Of a DNA stretch of 47,910 bases, positions 1 through 9,055 are shown one piece after another. Origin of the DNA: Thainema sp. (GTDB lineage: Bacteria > Cyanobacteriota > Cyanobacteriia > Phormidesmidales > Phormidesmidaceae); assembly GCA_052168235.1 (NCBI GenBank), contig JBQLZK010000060.1:1-47910 (forward strand). Reading direction: 5' to 3'. The position numbers and the translations under genes were made by a program. The notes beneath the pieces were generated by a model. It had not been told where the DNA came from and made no database searches. It was given only the letters and a program-made list of their open reading frames with translations. Position 1 is the first letter of the stretch. Each line of letters starts with the position of its first letter.

Positions 1-55
1 TGCATTATCGAACGGTTCCCATACCTGCCTGATCATTCATCAATTCAGCAACGCC
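1..55 (-). mobile_element. Probable insertion-sequence end (family not assigned) running off the left edge
   Basis: The minus strand reads GGCGTTGCTGAATTGATGAATGATC... from position 55. This is exactly where the PepSY-TM ORF loses family-like sequence (after VYTVS), and the ORF stops 16 codons later. Confidence 0.5.
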
Positions 56-1075
56 GGAAACGGTATAGACACCTGTTTCACCCTGGGGCAGAGAAACGCT
101 ATAACCCGGAGGCGCACCGTTAGCCTGAGCCAGTTGAACTACAGAGTCGAGGCTAATGCGATCGCGATCGCTAGTTGTCAAGCCTGCATCGCCATGACCA
201 GAGTGATTGCTGCTGACCAATACAGCCGATTGGGGTATAGACTGGGGCATGGGTAGCTGCTCAACCGCCCAAGGTACAACCTGTCCACGCTGATTGAGGG
301 AACCCGTCAGCACAGTTGATTGAGGCACGTTGTCCCACATCTGGTCAGGAAATCTGCCCCAGACTTGGGCGAAGGTGTCTCCCCAGAAGCCTGTCCAGGG
401 TAGACCTGTGAGAATCAGAAAACCAATCAGCAGAATGCCATAGAAGCCGGGAACGGCGTGCAAGTCGCGCCAGAATATGCGTTTGTTTTGACTCCATAGA
501 CGAGGAACCAGAGTGCCCAAGACCGCAAACCGACGGCGCGGCCACCACAAGTACAGCCCTGAAATCAGCAAAACCAGTCCCCAGCAGGCCGCTAGTTCAA
601 CTAAATAGTCGCCCAGCTTGCCAATCAGCAACTCGCCGTGAATCTGGCGCGCCATCGCCTGTAGGTTGTTATCTTCATTGCGATCGCCCAGCACTTGAGC
701 TGTGTGCGGATCAACAAACACCATCAGGTTTCGTTGATCCGCCGTTGTAATCAGCACTTCCGTACTGCGGTTGTTGGCAACGCTCGGCGTGATTTGAGTC
801 ACCGCTGCGTCAGGATAGGCGCTTTCAACGGCCTGTACCTGCTCGGTGTAGGGCAGGGTGGACGCTGTCGTGGTCACAAACATCAGATTGGGATACATGG
901 CCGCATCCAACTGCGGTTTAAACAGATAGATGATGCCTGTGATCGCCAAGATCAGCATGAAGGGAATGACAAACAAGCCAGCATAGAAATGCCAGCGCCA
1001 GACGGTGCGGTAAAACCGATTGCCTGGAGGTTCTGTGGTGGGTGTCGGGTTAGATGCGATCGCAGCGTTTTTCAT
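5..1075 (-). pseudogene. PepSY-associated TM helix (iron-regulated membrane) protein, C-terminally truncated
   Basis: Motifs YRTVWRWHFYAGLF, VFVDPHT, IHGELLIG, SGLYLWWPR and WRDLHAVPG are present. The usual final LHIDQYSG/H-x-G TM segment is missing. ATG is at 1075 (the ORF track starts at TTG 1099). Confidence 0.8.
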
Positions 1076-1145
1076 ATCAGCGCCTTTTGCTGAGAACAAA
1101 GAGCCTGATCAATATGTCGCACCAGACAAAATCTCGTCAAAAGAC

Positions 1146-1163
1146 GGACTGTCAAACTTTGAG
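1146..1163 (+). mobile_element. IS6-like terminal inverted-repeat relic
   Basis: GGACTGTCAAACTTTGAG resembles IS6-family ends (GGCACTGTxxxA type). No transposase follows. Confidence 0.3.
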
Positions 1164-1179
1164 AAATGAAACACCGGCA

Positions 1180-1207
1180 TAGGGGGCACGGCATGCCGTG
1201 CCCCCTA
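1180..1207. repeat. REP-like perfect 28-bp palindrome
   Basis: TAGGGGGCACGGCATGCCGTGCCCCCTA is self-complementary and is followed by C (CCCCTAC end, typical of GTAG-family REPs). Confidence 0.8.
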
Positions 1208-1463
1208 CAGGTATGACACTACAAAGGTTATTTAAGCTCCGCTCCTAAGTCTTCGACTGTGAGCCTCCTAGCCCGATTTAATCCAGGCATAACAGACTCT
1301 TTAAAGTCTCCCTGTTGCATTTCGCAAAATATAAGATATCTTCAGATTGGCCTCTAACCAAGAGCTAATCAGGGTTCAGTACAGCTAAGTTATCGATTTA
1401 ACTCTTGCGTTTACGCATATTTCCCCACCCAGTAGAACCGTTCGCTAAGCGAGCGGTTCTGAT

Positions 1464-3287
1464 GTGATTAGCCTCTTACTCAGTACGGTATTCAACGGTT
1501 TTGACGCGGATATGTCAGATTTACGCAGAATGTTCCAGCCAGCTCGTCGCGGTTTTGTCATGCTCATGGGCATTGGGCTACTCAGCACCAGCCTCACGAA
1601 CAGTACTGAGTCCTTAGCACAGACACAAGAGACTGAACAACAGCCTTCTATTTTGGAGTGTTCAGCCACTCGTCAACCCTCAGTCGCCGCCTCTGCCCCG
1701 ATTCAACTGGTGAGTCAACTTGTCACACCCCAAACTCAGATTGAGCGGGTTTTGAATCAGATTGGGCCAGTGGTGATGGCCTATGCTAACCCGCAGCCGT
1801 GGCCGCAACTGCATCCTCGCTCAGAAATGGCGCGCGTGCCCGTGATTATGTATCACGATATTCTGCCAGAAAAGGAAGTCTTCTTTGACGTTACTCCCGA
1901 AGAACTGCGGGAAGACTTTGAGCTAATTCGCGATCGCGGTTTGACTCCGATTAGTCTCGACCAGTTGGTGGCGCATCTGCGGACTGGAATGCCGCTGCCC
2001 GAAAGGCCCGTTCTGCTGACGTTTGATGATGGTTACGTGGGCCACTATGAGCATGTCTTGCCGATGATGGAAGAATTTGGCTATCCTGCCGTCTTTTCTA
2101 TTTTTCCGGCCAAGCCCAATGGGGATATCGCGGGACGCTCCACGCTCACCTGGGAGCAACTGCAAAAAATGGCTCAGAACCCGCTGGTGACGATTGCCTC
2201 CCACAGCGTCACTCATCCCCGTGACCTGCGCGAGATTGAGGAAGCGGACGAATTGGTGCGGGAAGTGGTGGATTCCAAACAAGAGCTAGAGGCTAAGCTG
2301 GGCATTCCAATTCGCTACTTTACCTATCCAGAAGGCAAGTACGACAAGCGAGTGCTCAAGGTCGTGAAAGAGGCAGGCTATACCGCTGCACTGACGATGG
2401 ATGACATCGACGAGCGGTTTGCCGGAGAATCAGAAAACCTGCTAGCGATCTCACGCTTTGGTCAGTCCCAATTAGAGAATGTAATCGAAGAAGCCTGGGG
2501 TGGGCCACCCGCTCCCACCTGGGGCCAGAACTTTGACTTTGATGCAGACGTGCAGATGGAGCAGACGGAAATCGAGGAGATTCCGCTGGTTCTCGTCTCT
2601 GGCGGCAAACCCGTTACCATTCATGCCGATAGCCGCTATCAGGTGCCGGAAATCATTGCCGGAACAGATGCGATCGCAGCCGTTGATGGTGGTTTTTTCT
2701 CACTCAAATACCTGGATTCCAACGTGATGATTGGCCCCGTGCTCAGTCAGTACACGGGCGAGTTTGTACCAGGCTATGAGGGCGAAATTGGTAAGCTGAT
2801 GGGTCGGCCCCTGGTGATGATTAGTGACAACACTGTCAAGTTTATTGAGTTCGATCCGCAGAAGCATAACACCCTCGATGGTGTCCAGGCAGAACTACTG
2901 GATGTGACCGATACATTTGTGGCGGCGGCTTGGTTGGTTAAAGATGGTCAACCGCGATCGCCGGAAACCTTCAATGGTCTGTTTGATTTCGATGCCTATC
3001 GCCACCGGGCATTCTGGGGCATTAATCAGGCTGGGCAGCCCGTCATTGGTGTGACCGCTGATCGAGCTGATTCCGTTTCGCTGGGTCAAGCTCTCGTGAA
3101 AGCCGGACTGCGCGATGCCGTCATGCTGGATTCGGGAGCCAGTACGTCGCTGGCCTATGCCGGACAATCAATGGTGGCCTACGAGCCGCGCCCTGTGCCC
3201 CATGTAGTTGCACTAATTCCGCCAGCGTCCAGCCGCAACTGCCTTCAAATTACTGCTCAACAACCCTCTATCTATTCTCAAAATTGA
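1464..3287 (+). CDS. Polysaccharide deacetylase (NodB/CE4) fused to a phosphodiester glycosidase (NAGPA-like) domain, exported
   Basis: CE4 motifs PVIMYHD, LTFDDGY, SHSVTH and FTYPEG. C-terminal AAVDGGFF and AVMLDSGASTSL motifs. N-terminal hydrophobic segment. The true start may be ATG 1512 or 1530. Confidence 0.85.
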   Translation: MISLLLSTVFNGFDADMSDLRRMFQPARRGFVMLMGIGLLSTSLTNSTESLAQTQETEQQPSILECSATRQPSVAASAPIQLVSQLVTPQTQIERVLNQIGPVVMAYANPQPWPQLHPRSEMARVPVIMYHDILPEKEVFFDVTPEELREDFELIRDRGLTPISLDQLVAHLRTGMPLPERPVLLTFDDGYVGHYEHVLPMMEEFGYPAVFSIFPAKPNGDIAGRSTLTWEQLQKMAQNPLVTIASHSVTHPRDLREIEEADELVREVVDSKQELEAKLGIPIRYFTYPEGKYDKRVLKVVKEAGYTAALTMDDIDERFAGESENLLAISRFGQSQLENVIEEAWGGPPAPTWGQNFDFDADVQMEQTEIEEIPLVLVSGGKPVTIHADSRYQVPEIIAGTDAIAAVDGGFFSLKYLDSNVMIGPVLSQYTGEFVPGYEGEIGKLMGRPLVMISDNTVKFIEFDPQKHNTLDGVQAELLDVTDTFVAAAWLVKDGQPRSPETFNGLFDFDAYRHRAFWGINQAGQPVIGVTADRADSVSLGQALVKAGLRDAVMLDSGASTSLAYAGQSMVAYEPRPVPHVVALIPPASSRNCLQITAQQPSIYSQN

Positions 3288-3289
3288 CA

Positions 3290-3343
3290 TATAGCTGTAG
3301 TCAGCTCTGTTGGGACACAGACAATTTTATGACTATTGCTATA
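3290..3343. mobile_element. Small MITE relic with TATAGC-type termini
   Basis: TATAGCTGTAGTCA ... TGACTATTGCTATA is a 14-bp inverted repeat with 12/14 matches and TA at both ends. Confidence 0.5.
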
Positions 3344-3352
3344 AACAACTAT

Positions 3353-3417
3353 TGAAAACCCAAAGAGGCGATCTTGCCGCCGCGATGCGGCGGCAAGATC
3401 GCCTCTTTGGGTTTTCA
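3353..3417. repeat. Long perfect palindrome (31-bp arms, 3-nt loop), MITE/REP-like
   Basis: TGAAAACCCAAAGAGGCGATCTTGCCGCCGC-GAT-GCGGCGGCAAGATCGCCTCTTTGGGTTTTCA. Confidence 0.9.
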
Positions 3418-3427
3418 GTGTGGAAAA

Positions 3428-3456
3428 GTACGGCGAACTGGGTTCGGTTAGTTCGG
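3428..3456 (+). promoter_or_regulatory. Three GTNCGG motifs (Rre1/K-box-like) upstream of the small heat-shock gene
   Basis: GTACGG at 3428, GTTCGG at 3442 and GTTCGG at 3451, about 160-180 bp upstream of the hsp20 ATG. Confidence 0.45.
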
Positions 3457-3611
3457 TGTAAAACCACTCCATTCTTATCGGTTCCCTCCACTAGGAGTAT
3501 TCTAAAACTTAGCGCACTATAGGAAATGTAAAGAGATTGCACTGACAAAACACATCGCACTTCTCCTTTTCAGAACGAGAGAAGCCGCGATTTTCTAGGA
3601 GGTTTTAGAGC

Positions 3612-4100
3612 ATGATTGTTCGTCGTCGTTACTTAGATCCATTCACTGAATTCAACGCGCTTCGTAGTCAGATTAATGAAGTATTTGGTGAGCTAACCGA
3701 GAACGCCACCAAAGCAACTTGGACACCGGCCATTCGCTTAGTTGATCAGGGAAATGAGTTCGTTCTCACAGCCCAATTAGCTGGCGTTAAAGCTGAAGAT
3801 TTAGATATCCAAGTCAGCAAAGACGCCATCTCTCTCTCCGGTGAGCGTCGCGCTGCTGAAGCTGGCGATGGAGTCGAGTTGCTCTATGACGATACCCGCT
3901 ACGGCAGCTTCTACCGGGTAATTAATCTGCCCGAAATGGTTCAGAACAACAATGTTCAGGCTGATTTTAACCACGGCGTGCTGACGCTAACGTTGCCCAA
4001 AGTGATTGAGGCCCGCAACAAAGTTGTGAAAATCAATCTTGGCCAGATGAATGGAGCAGAAACGCCTCAAATTAATACAGCAACTGATGCAAATGCATAA
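3612..4100 (+). CDS. hspA: Hsp20/alpha-crystallin small heat-shock protein
   Basis: WTPAI, LAGVKAEDLDIQV, YGSFYRVINLP and ADFNHGVLTLTLPK motifs. AGGAGG RBS at 3597-3602. Confidence 0.9.
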   Translation: MIVRRRYLDPFTEFNALRSQINEVFGELTENATKATWTPAIRLVDQGNEFVLTAQLAGVKAEDLDIQVSKDAISLSGERRAAEAGDGVELLYDDTRYGSFYRVINLPEMVQNNNVQADFNHGVLTLTLPKVIEARNKVVKINLGQMNGAETPQINTATDANA

Positions 4101-4204
4101 GCGTTCTGTAGATTCCTGAGAGAGCTAACGTTAGCTGATTTTGATTCATTAGCTCATTGCTAGAGACGGCTTAGTTGCCATTGGTTAATCAAGTCCTACG
4201 TTTC

Positions 4205-4232
4205 AAAGAGCCGCATACGCGGCTCTTTTTTA
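4205..4232 (+). terminator. Intrinsic terminator after hsp20
   Basis: AAAGAGCCGC-ATAC-GCGGCTCTTT followed by a T-run. Confidence 0.85.
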
Positions 4233-4436
4233 TTGCAACATTAAGGCTTGTTGGAAATGCGATCGCACCTCAAATTACCACTTTCTATTCTTAATTTGAA
4301 GATTGTGAGCAATCAATCGCATTGGCAAAGGTGAAAAGCTGAATTGGAAGTTTAACACTGCCCATTTCCCGTCCCTCTCAGATTCGACCAATAACCTATA
4401 AACAGTTGGGGTCATGGATAGCGTTAGCTGATGTTT

Positions 4437-4706
4437 TTACAGTTGGTCAAGCAGCAGATCGTATTCTGCATGGGAACCAACCCAGAACCAAATGACCGTA
4501 TCACCCTCTAATTGACCGACAGCACGATAATCTTTGTTGATGCGTGCAGAATAGATTGGCAATTTTGGATGAACCTTCTTAAATCGCAGGCTTGGATAGT
4601 TTGGATCTTCTTTGAATTGTCGATAGGCTTTGCGAGTCTGCTCTTGAATAGGCTCTGGGAGGTTAGCAAACATTTCTCGGAAACGAACAGTGGTACGAGA
4701 CTTCAC
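4437..4706 (-). CDS. RelE/ParE-superfamily type II toxin
   Basis: 89 aa with DPNYPSLRFKKV, YSARINKDYRAVG and WFWVGSHAEYD. Its GTG start overlaps the stop of the upstream gene (GTGA). Confidence 0.8.
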   Translation of the reverse strand: MKSRTTVRFREMFANLPEPIQEQTRKAYRQFKEDPNYPSLRFKKVHPKLPIYSARINKDYRAVGQLEGDTVIWFWVGSHAEYDLLLDQL

Positions 4707-4921
4707 AACGTTTCCGGATCTAATTCTTGAGTTTTATCGGCTCGATGTTCTGCCATTGCTTCAGTTGCTAGTTTAGCCAACAAGTCCGGTGAGCGGGCAA
4801 AGGAGTTATCCCATCGCTGTTCTTCTTCGAGTTCTTCCAGAATTAAGGTTGCGATCGCATCTTGCTTGTCGGTCGGCAAAGTTTTTAGCCGGGCAATCAC
4901 TGATTCGAGTAATTCAGTCAC
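4703..4921 (-). CDS. Putative antitoxin of the RelE/ParE-type toxin
   Basis: 72-aa acidic protein (LPTDKQDAIA...EEQRWDNSF), translationally coupled upstream of the toxin. Confidence 0.7.
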   Translation of the reverse strand: MTELLESVIARLKTLPTDKQDAIATLILEELEEEQRWDNSFARSPDLLAKLATEAMAEHRADKTQELDPETL

Positions 4922-5028
4922 AGCTTATGAACTCCCAAGAGCGCAGCATTACTCCATTATTACTTAGCGTAGCAAGAGGCCGTTAAAGTTGTAGAACCCA
5001 TTACTTAACAAACTCGAACTAAAAGACG

Positions 5029-5070
5029 GTAACTTGTGTTGCGGTGGTTATTATCGGTTCACAGCATAAT
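5029..5070 (+). promoter_or_regulatory. NtcA-activated-promoter-like arrangement upstream of the Mo oxidoreductase
   Basis: GTA-N8-TGC (5029-5042), a 22-nt spacer, then CATAAT (5065-5070). Each element has one mismatch to GTA-N8-TAC-N22-TAN3T. Confidence 0.4.
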
Positions 5071-5107
5071 GAGCTAGCTCAAAATTTACCGTTTCAATGC
5101 TCCATCT

Positions 5108-7996
5108 ATGTCTCAGCCGCTTCAGTTTTCTTTTAATGGTCAACCCTGCACCACTACCTGTGCCCCTGGTACTAGCTTGTTGACTGTACTGCGCGATCGC
5201 AACTTTACCAGTGTCCCTTGCACCAGCGTCCATCGAGTTTGCGAAACCGGAGACTGCGGTAGCTGCACCGTCTGGGTGAATGACCAAGCTGTGCATAGCT
5301 GCATCTATCCAGCTCAACGGATTCAGGGTGCAGCGGTGACGACCGTTGAGGGACTGGCTGAGGCTGAAATGCTAGCACCGATGCAGCAGGCGTTTCTAGA
5401 TAAGCAGGGATTTCAGTGTGGCTACTGCACTCCCGGCATGATTCTGTCGGCTGAGAAGATGGCGGAGCGACTACAGGCGGAGTTAGGGGATCTTGCCAAC
5501 AGTGGCACACTGTCCAAACCTGAAATCCAAGCCAAAATTCGGCAACTGATGGACGGCAATATCTGCCGCTGTACGGGTTATGAGGCCGTTGTCGAGAGTA
5601 TTGCTCTGGGAATTCAGTATCGCCAGCAGCCGGAGCGGGATCATGCCGTTGGGGTTGAGACGGAGGCAGATGTGCGATCGCAGGTTAGTCAAATTGGTCA
5701 GAGCGTCCCCAAGCAGGATGGGCCAGATATCGTCACGGGCAAACCTATCTACACAGCTGATTGGCAGCCAGCGGGACTGCTGCACCTGAAGGTGTTGCGA
5801 TCGCCCCATGCCCACGCGCGGATTCGCGATATTGATACGAGTCAAGCCGAAGATCTACCTGGAGTTCATGTGGTGTTGACCTACAAAGATGTGGAGCGCC
5901 AGCCCTACTCCACGGCGGGACATGGCGAACCTGTGCCCGATCCGCATGACCATTACTTGCTGGATAACAAAGTGCGGTTTGTTGGTGATCGGGTAGCGGC
6001 AGTGGTGGCGGATTCGGTTGCGATCGCAACTCAAGCTTGTCAATTAATTCAAGTGGATTATGAGATCCTGCCCCATGTGGTTGATCCGATAGTGGCAATG
6101 GGCGAACGAGCAGCGGAAATCAGCCCCTGGTCAGCTTCTGAGCTGCCGAGCAGCACCGCACCTGTGGCTCAGATTCACGATGAGCCGGAGTCGTTTCAGA
6201 TTAAAGACGCGGCGCACAACATTGCGGGCGAGGTGCAGATTGACAAAGGCGATATTGAGGCGGGTTTGGCCGAGGCTGACCATATTTTCGAGCGCACCTA
6301 TCACCTGCCTGCGGTGCAGCACTGCCACCTGGAACCCCATGTTTCAATCAGTTGGCTGGAGGAGGACGGTACGCTGGTGTTGCGTTCCAGTACGCAGGTG
6401 CCGTTTCATGCGCAGCGGGTGATTGCTGATTTGCTCAACCTGCCGCGAGAGCAGGTGCGGGTGTTCAAGCCAAATATGGGCGGTGGCTTTGGCAACAAGC
6501 AGGAGATTTTGACGGAAGACCTCTGTGCGCTCGCGACGCTGAAAACGGGGCGTCCCGCCCAGTGGGAATTTAACCGCCAAGAAGAGTTCAGCGCCACTAC
6601 CAGTCGCCACGCCATGACGATTCACCTGCGTTTCGGTGTGAAGCAGGACGGCACCCTAACTGCAATGGAAATGCGTGCGATCGCAAATACGGGAGCCTAT
6701 GGCAATCACGGTGAACAGGTGGTATTTCTGACAGGCACGATGCCGCTGGGCCTATATCGCTGCGACAATCAGCGGTTTCTGGGCCGATCGGTCTACACGA
6801 ACGTCATGCCAGCGGGGGCGTTTCGCGGGTATGGCGCGACGCAAGGAGTGTTTGCCGTGGAGTGCCTGATGGATGAAATTGCGGCGCATCTGGGCTTGGA
6901 TTCTCTCGCAATGCGGCAGCGGCAGTTAGTTACGCCTGCGGATCACCTGCTGATTGGGCGTGACCATCATTTTCACTTGATGAGCAGCGACGGGCTGGAT
7001 AAGGCGGTGCAGCGGTTGCGGCAACAGTTTGGCAGCACTCCAAATCCAGTAACAGCAGACGATACCGCGAAAACTCGGCGCGGGATGGGATTTGCGATCG
7101 CAATGCAGGGCAGCGGTCTAGCTAAAATCCATCTGGCTAAAGCCAAGCTTTGTCTGAAGCCCGATGGTCGATACGAACTCCGCACAGGTGCAGTGGACGT
7201 GGGGACGGGTTCGGATACGACCCTGCGCCAAGTGGCGGCTGAGGTGCTGAATACAACGGTGGCTCAAATTGATTTGATTGCCTCGGATACGCACCGCACT
7301 CCATTTGATGCGGGATCGTATGCCTCCGCGACGCTCTACATTTCCGGGCAGGCGGTGAAAAAAGCGGCGGAAAAGTTGCTATCGCACCTCCTCCAATCTG
7401 CATCTGATCAATTACAAGTCCCGACTGCGGAGTTAGAGCTAACAGCCCAGTCTGTACAATCCCGTCAGGCCAAAATGGATTTGGCGATGCTAGGACAACT
7501 AACCGCGATCCGCGACGTCTGGGCCGAAGCCGAATATGCAGCGAATGAGTCCACGCTGACGTTTGCCGCTCAGGGTGCAGAAGTGGAAGTGGATTTGGAA
7601 ACGGGGCGGGTCACAGTCCTGCGCTGTTTGCAGGTATTGGACATTGGCAAAGCCGTCAATCCCCGCATTTGCCGAGGGCAAGCGGTGGGCGGCATGGCGA
7701 TGGGGTTGGGCTATGCGCTTCAAGAGGAGCTGCTGCGAGACAAGATGGGGCAGACGCTCAACCCGCTGGTACGAACCTATCGCCTGCCACTGGCCAAAGA
7801 AATGCCGCTGATTGAGGTGGAGTTTTTGGAAGATCCCGATCCCTATGGGCCGTTTGGAGCCAAGGGGATTGGCGAGATTGGCACCAACTGTACGGCACCC
7901 GCGATCGCAAATGCCGTAGCTCAGGCAACCGGACATCGGTTTTATCAGCTACCGCTGACCCCGGAGCGGGTCTGGCAAACTTTAACGGCCACTTGA
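5108..7996 (+). CDS. Xanthine dehydrogenase/aldehyde oxidase-family molybdopterin oxidoreductase with fused N-terminal 2Fe-2S domain
   Basis: 2Fe-2S motifs CETGDCGSCTV, FQCGYCTPG and GNICRCTGY. Mo-subunit motifs MGGGFGNK, AFRGYG and GAKGIGE. Confidence 0.9.
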   Translation: MSQPLQFSFNGQPCTTTCAPGTSLLTVLRDRNFTSVPCTSVHRVCETGDCGSCTVWVNDQAVHSCIYPAQRIQGAAVTTVEGLAEAEMLAPMQQAFLDKQGFQCGYCTPGMILSAEKMAERLQAELGDLANSGTLSKPEIQAKIRQLMDGNICRCTGYEAVVESIALGIQYRQQPERDHAVGVETEADVRSQVSQIGQSVPKQDGPDIVTGKPIYTADWQPAGLLHLKVLRSPHAHARIRDIDTSQAEDLPGVHVVLTYKDVERQPYSTAGHGEPVPDPHDHYLLDNKVRFVGDRVAAVVADSVAIATQACQLIQVDYEILPHVVDPIVAMGERAAEISPWSASELPSSTAPVAQIHDEPESFQIKDAAHNIAGEVQIDKGDIEAGLAEADHIFERTYHLPAVQHCHLEPHVSISWLEEDGTLVLRSSTQVPFHAQRVIADLLNLPREQVRVFKPNMGGGFGNKQEILTEDLCALATLKTGRPAQWEFNRQEEFSATTSRHAMTIHLRFGVKQDGTLTAMEMRAIANTGAYGNHGEQVVFLTGTMPLGLYRCDNQRFLGRSVYTNVMPAGAFRGYGATQGVFAVECLMDEIAAHLGLDSLAMRQRQLVTPADHLLIGRDHHFHLMSSDGLDKAVQRLRQQFGSTPNPVTADDTAKTRRGMGFAIAMQGSGLAKIHLAKAKLCLKPDGRYELRTGAVDVGTGSDTTLRQVAAEVLNTTVAQIDLIASDTHRTPFDAGSYASATLYISGQAVKKAAEKLLSHLLQSASDQLQVPTAELELTAQSVQSRQAKMDLAMLGQLTAIRDVWAEAEYAANESTLTFAAQGAEVEVDLETGRVTVLRCLQVLDIGKAVNPRICRGQAVGGMAMGLGYALQEELLRDKMGQTLNPLVRTYRLPLAKEMPLIEVEFLEDPDPYGPFGAKGIGEIGTNCTAPAIANAVAQATGHRFYQLPLTPERVWQTLTAT

Positions 7997-8207
7997 TGCA
8001 ACGACCTGGATTAAAAACTCGGTAGTCCTCAAAATCATCACCTGAATACCACTACCCAAAATTCAAAGGGGGACTACTTGCCGTCGCAGTGTGACAGTAA
8101 ATAGTACCCCTAAATTTACGTTAACTCAGCACTCGAAACAGCGAGAAATGAGGCGAGAGGAATAAGAGCGGGGAAGGGTTTAGAGGCTGAAAAGGGCGGC
8201 AAAGACC

Positions 8208-8247
8208 AGTACCTAGTATCTAATACCCAATACCTAACCCAATACCC
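8208..8247. repeat. STRR-like degenerate heptamer tandem repeat
   Basis: AGTACCT AGTATCT AATACCC AATACCT AACCC AATACCC. Confidence 0.6.
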
Positions 8248-8281
8248 AAAATCCAGCCCTCAGCACCGTCTAACAAAACCT

Positions 8282-8980
8282 CTACTCGCGAATATCACCG
8301 TTGTAATCCACAGTGATATCTCCTGATTCGCTGACTGTAATCACGCTTTCAACCGTGTAGGTTGATGATCCCGGTGGGCCACCTTGGAACGTAAACGTCC
8401 AGGTGCCATTCTCGTTGTCAACATACGGCGCATTCGTCACTGGCCCGTGCATCGCTGGTTCGGCTCGATAAGCGCCGAGTCCACCATTGATGCGTTCTGC
8501 TGTTTGGCGAGCCAGGTTTTTAGCGCGACTGGTGCTAACCCGGTTTAATGCTGAAGAAACGTCATCATCAACCGGGGCTGGCTCCGGAAATACCGTCGTT
8601 GCCCGGATGGGGCCGTTATATTCGACTGCGATGTCTCCACTGGGGGAGACATTGACGACGCTCTCAATCGTATATTCTGATGCTCCGGGTTCGCGTCCCC
8701 GGAACGTAAATGTCCAGGAACCATCGCTGTTCTCCACATACGGAGACTGACGAGCGGGGCCATGCATTGACGGCTCGGCTCGATATTGGCCCAGACCACC
8801 ATTCAGTTCTTCCGCCGCTTGCCGCGCTAAATTTTTGGCTCGGCTGAGATCAATGCCTTCGACCACTTGAGCCAATAAATCAGGAGTCGCCAACGCTGGC
8901 AGGAAACCAGCTCCCAACCAACCTAAAGTCGCTAGGCTTAAGGTTGCGGAAACAAAAACTCGCTTCATAAAAAATCCCAA
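8282..8980 (-). CDS. Secreted hypothetical protein with two copies of an ~85-aa domain
   Basis: Signal peptide, then [30 protein letters not shown]...PYV.N..G.WTFTF.G twice. Confidence 0.8.
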   Translation of the reverse strand: MGFFMKRVFVSATLSLATLGWLGAGFLPALATPDLLAQVVEGIDLSRAKNLARQAAEELNGGLGQYRAEPSMHGPARQSPYVENSDGSWTFTFRGREPGASEYTIESVVNVSPSGDIAVEYNGPIRATTVFPEPAPVDDDVSSALNRVSTSRAKNLARQTAERINGGLGAYRAEPAMHGPVTNAPYVDNENGTWTFTFQGGPPGSSTYTVESVITVSESGDITVDYNGDIRE

Positions 8981-9055
8981 AAAGACTTTACTTGCAAGAC
9001 ATATCGCTATGACCTATCCCAGTGTGATCAGACGTGAAAATCGCTGATCAGTTCC

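Noticed and set aside
3500..3545. CIRCE operator upstream of hsp20
   Set aside because: TTAGCGCAC is not followed by the N9-GAGTGCTAA arm.
3278..3560. Three short ORFs sharing LKTQRGDLAAA
   Set aside because: The shared peptide comes from reading the 65-bp palindrome on both strands, so these are not genes.
4385..4436. Possible integron attC site after the toxin gene (GCTAAC on the minus strand)
   Set aside because: There is no matching GTTRRRY arm forming a proper hairpin and no integrase in the window. At most it is a decayed half-site.
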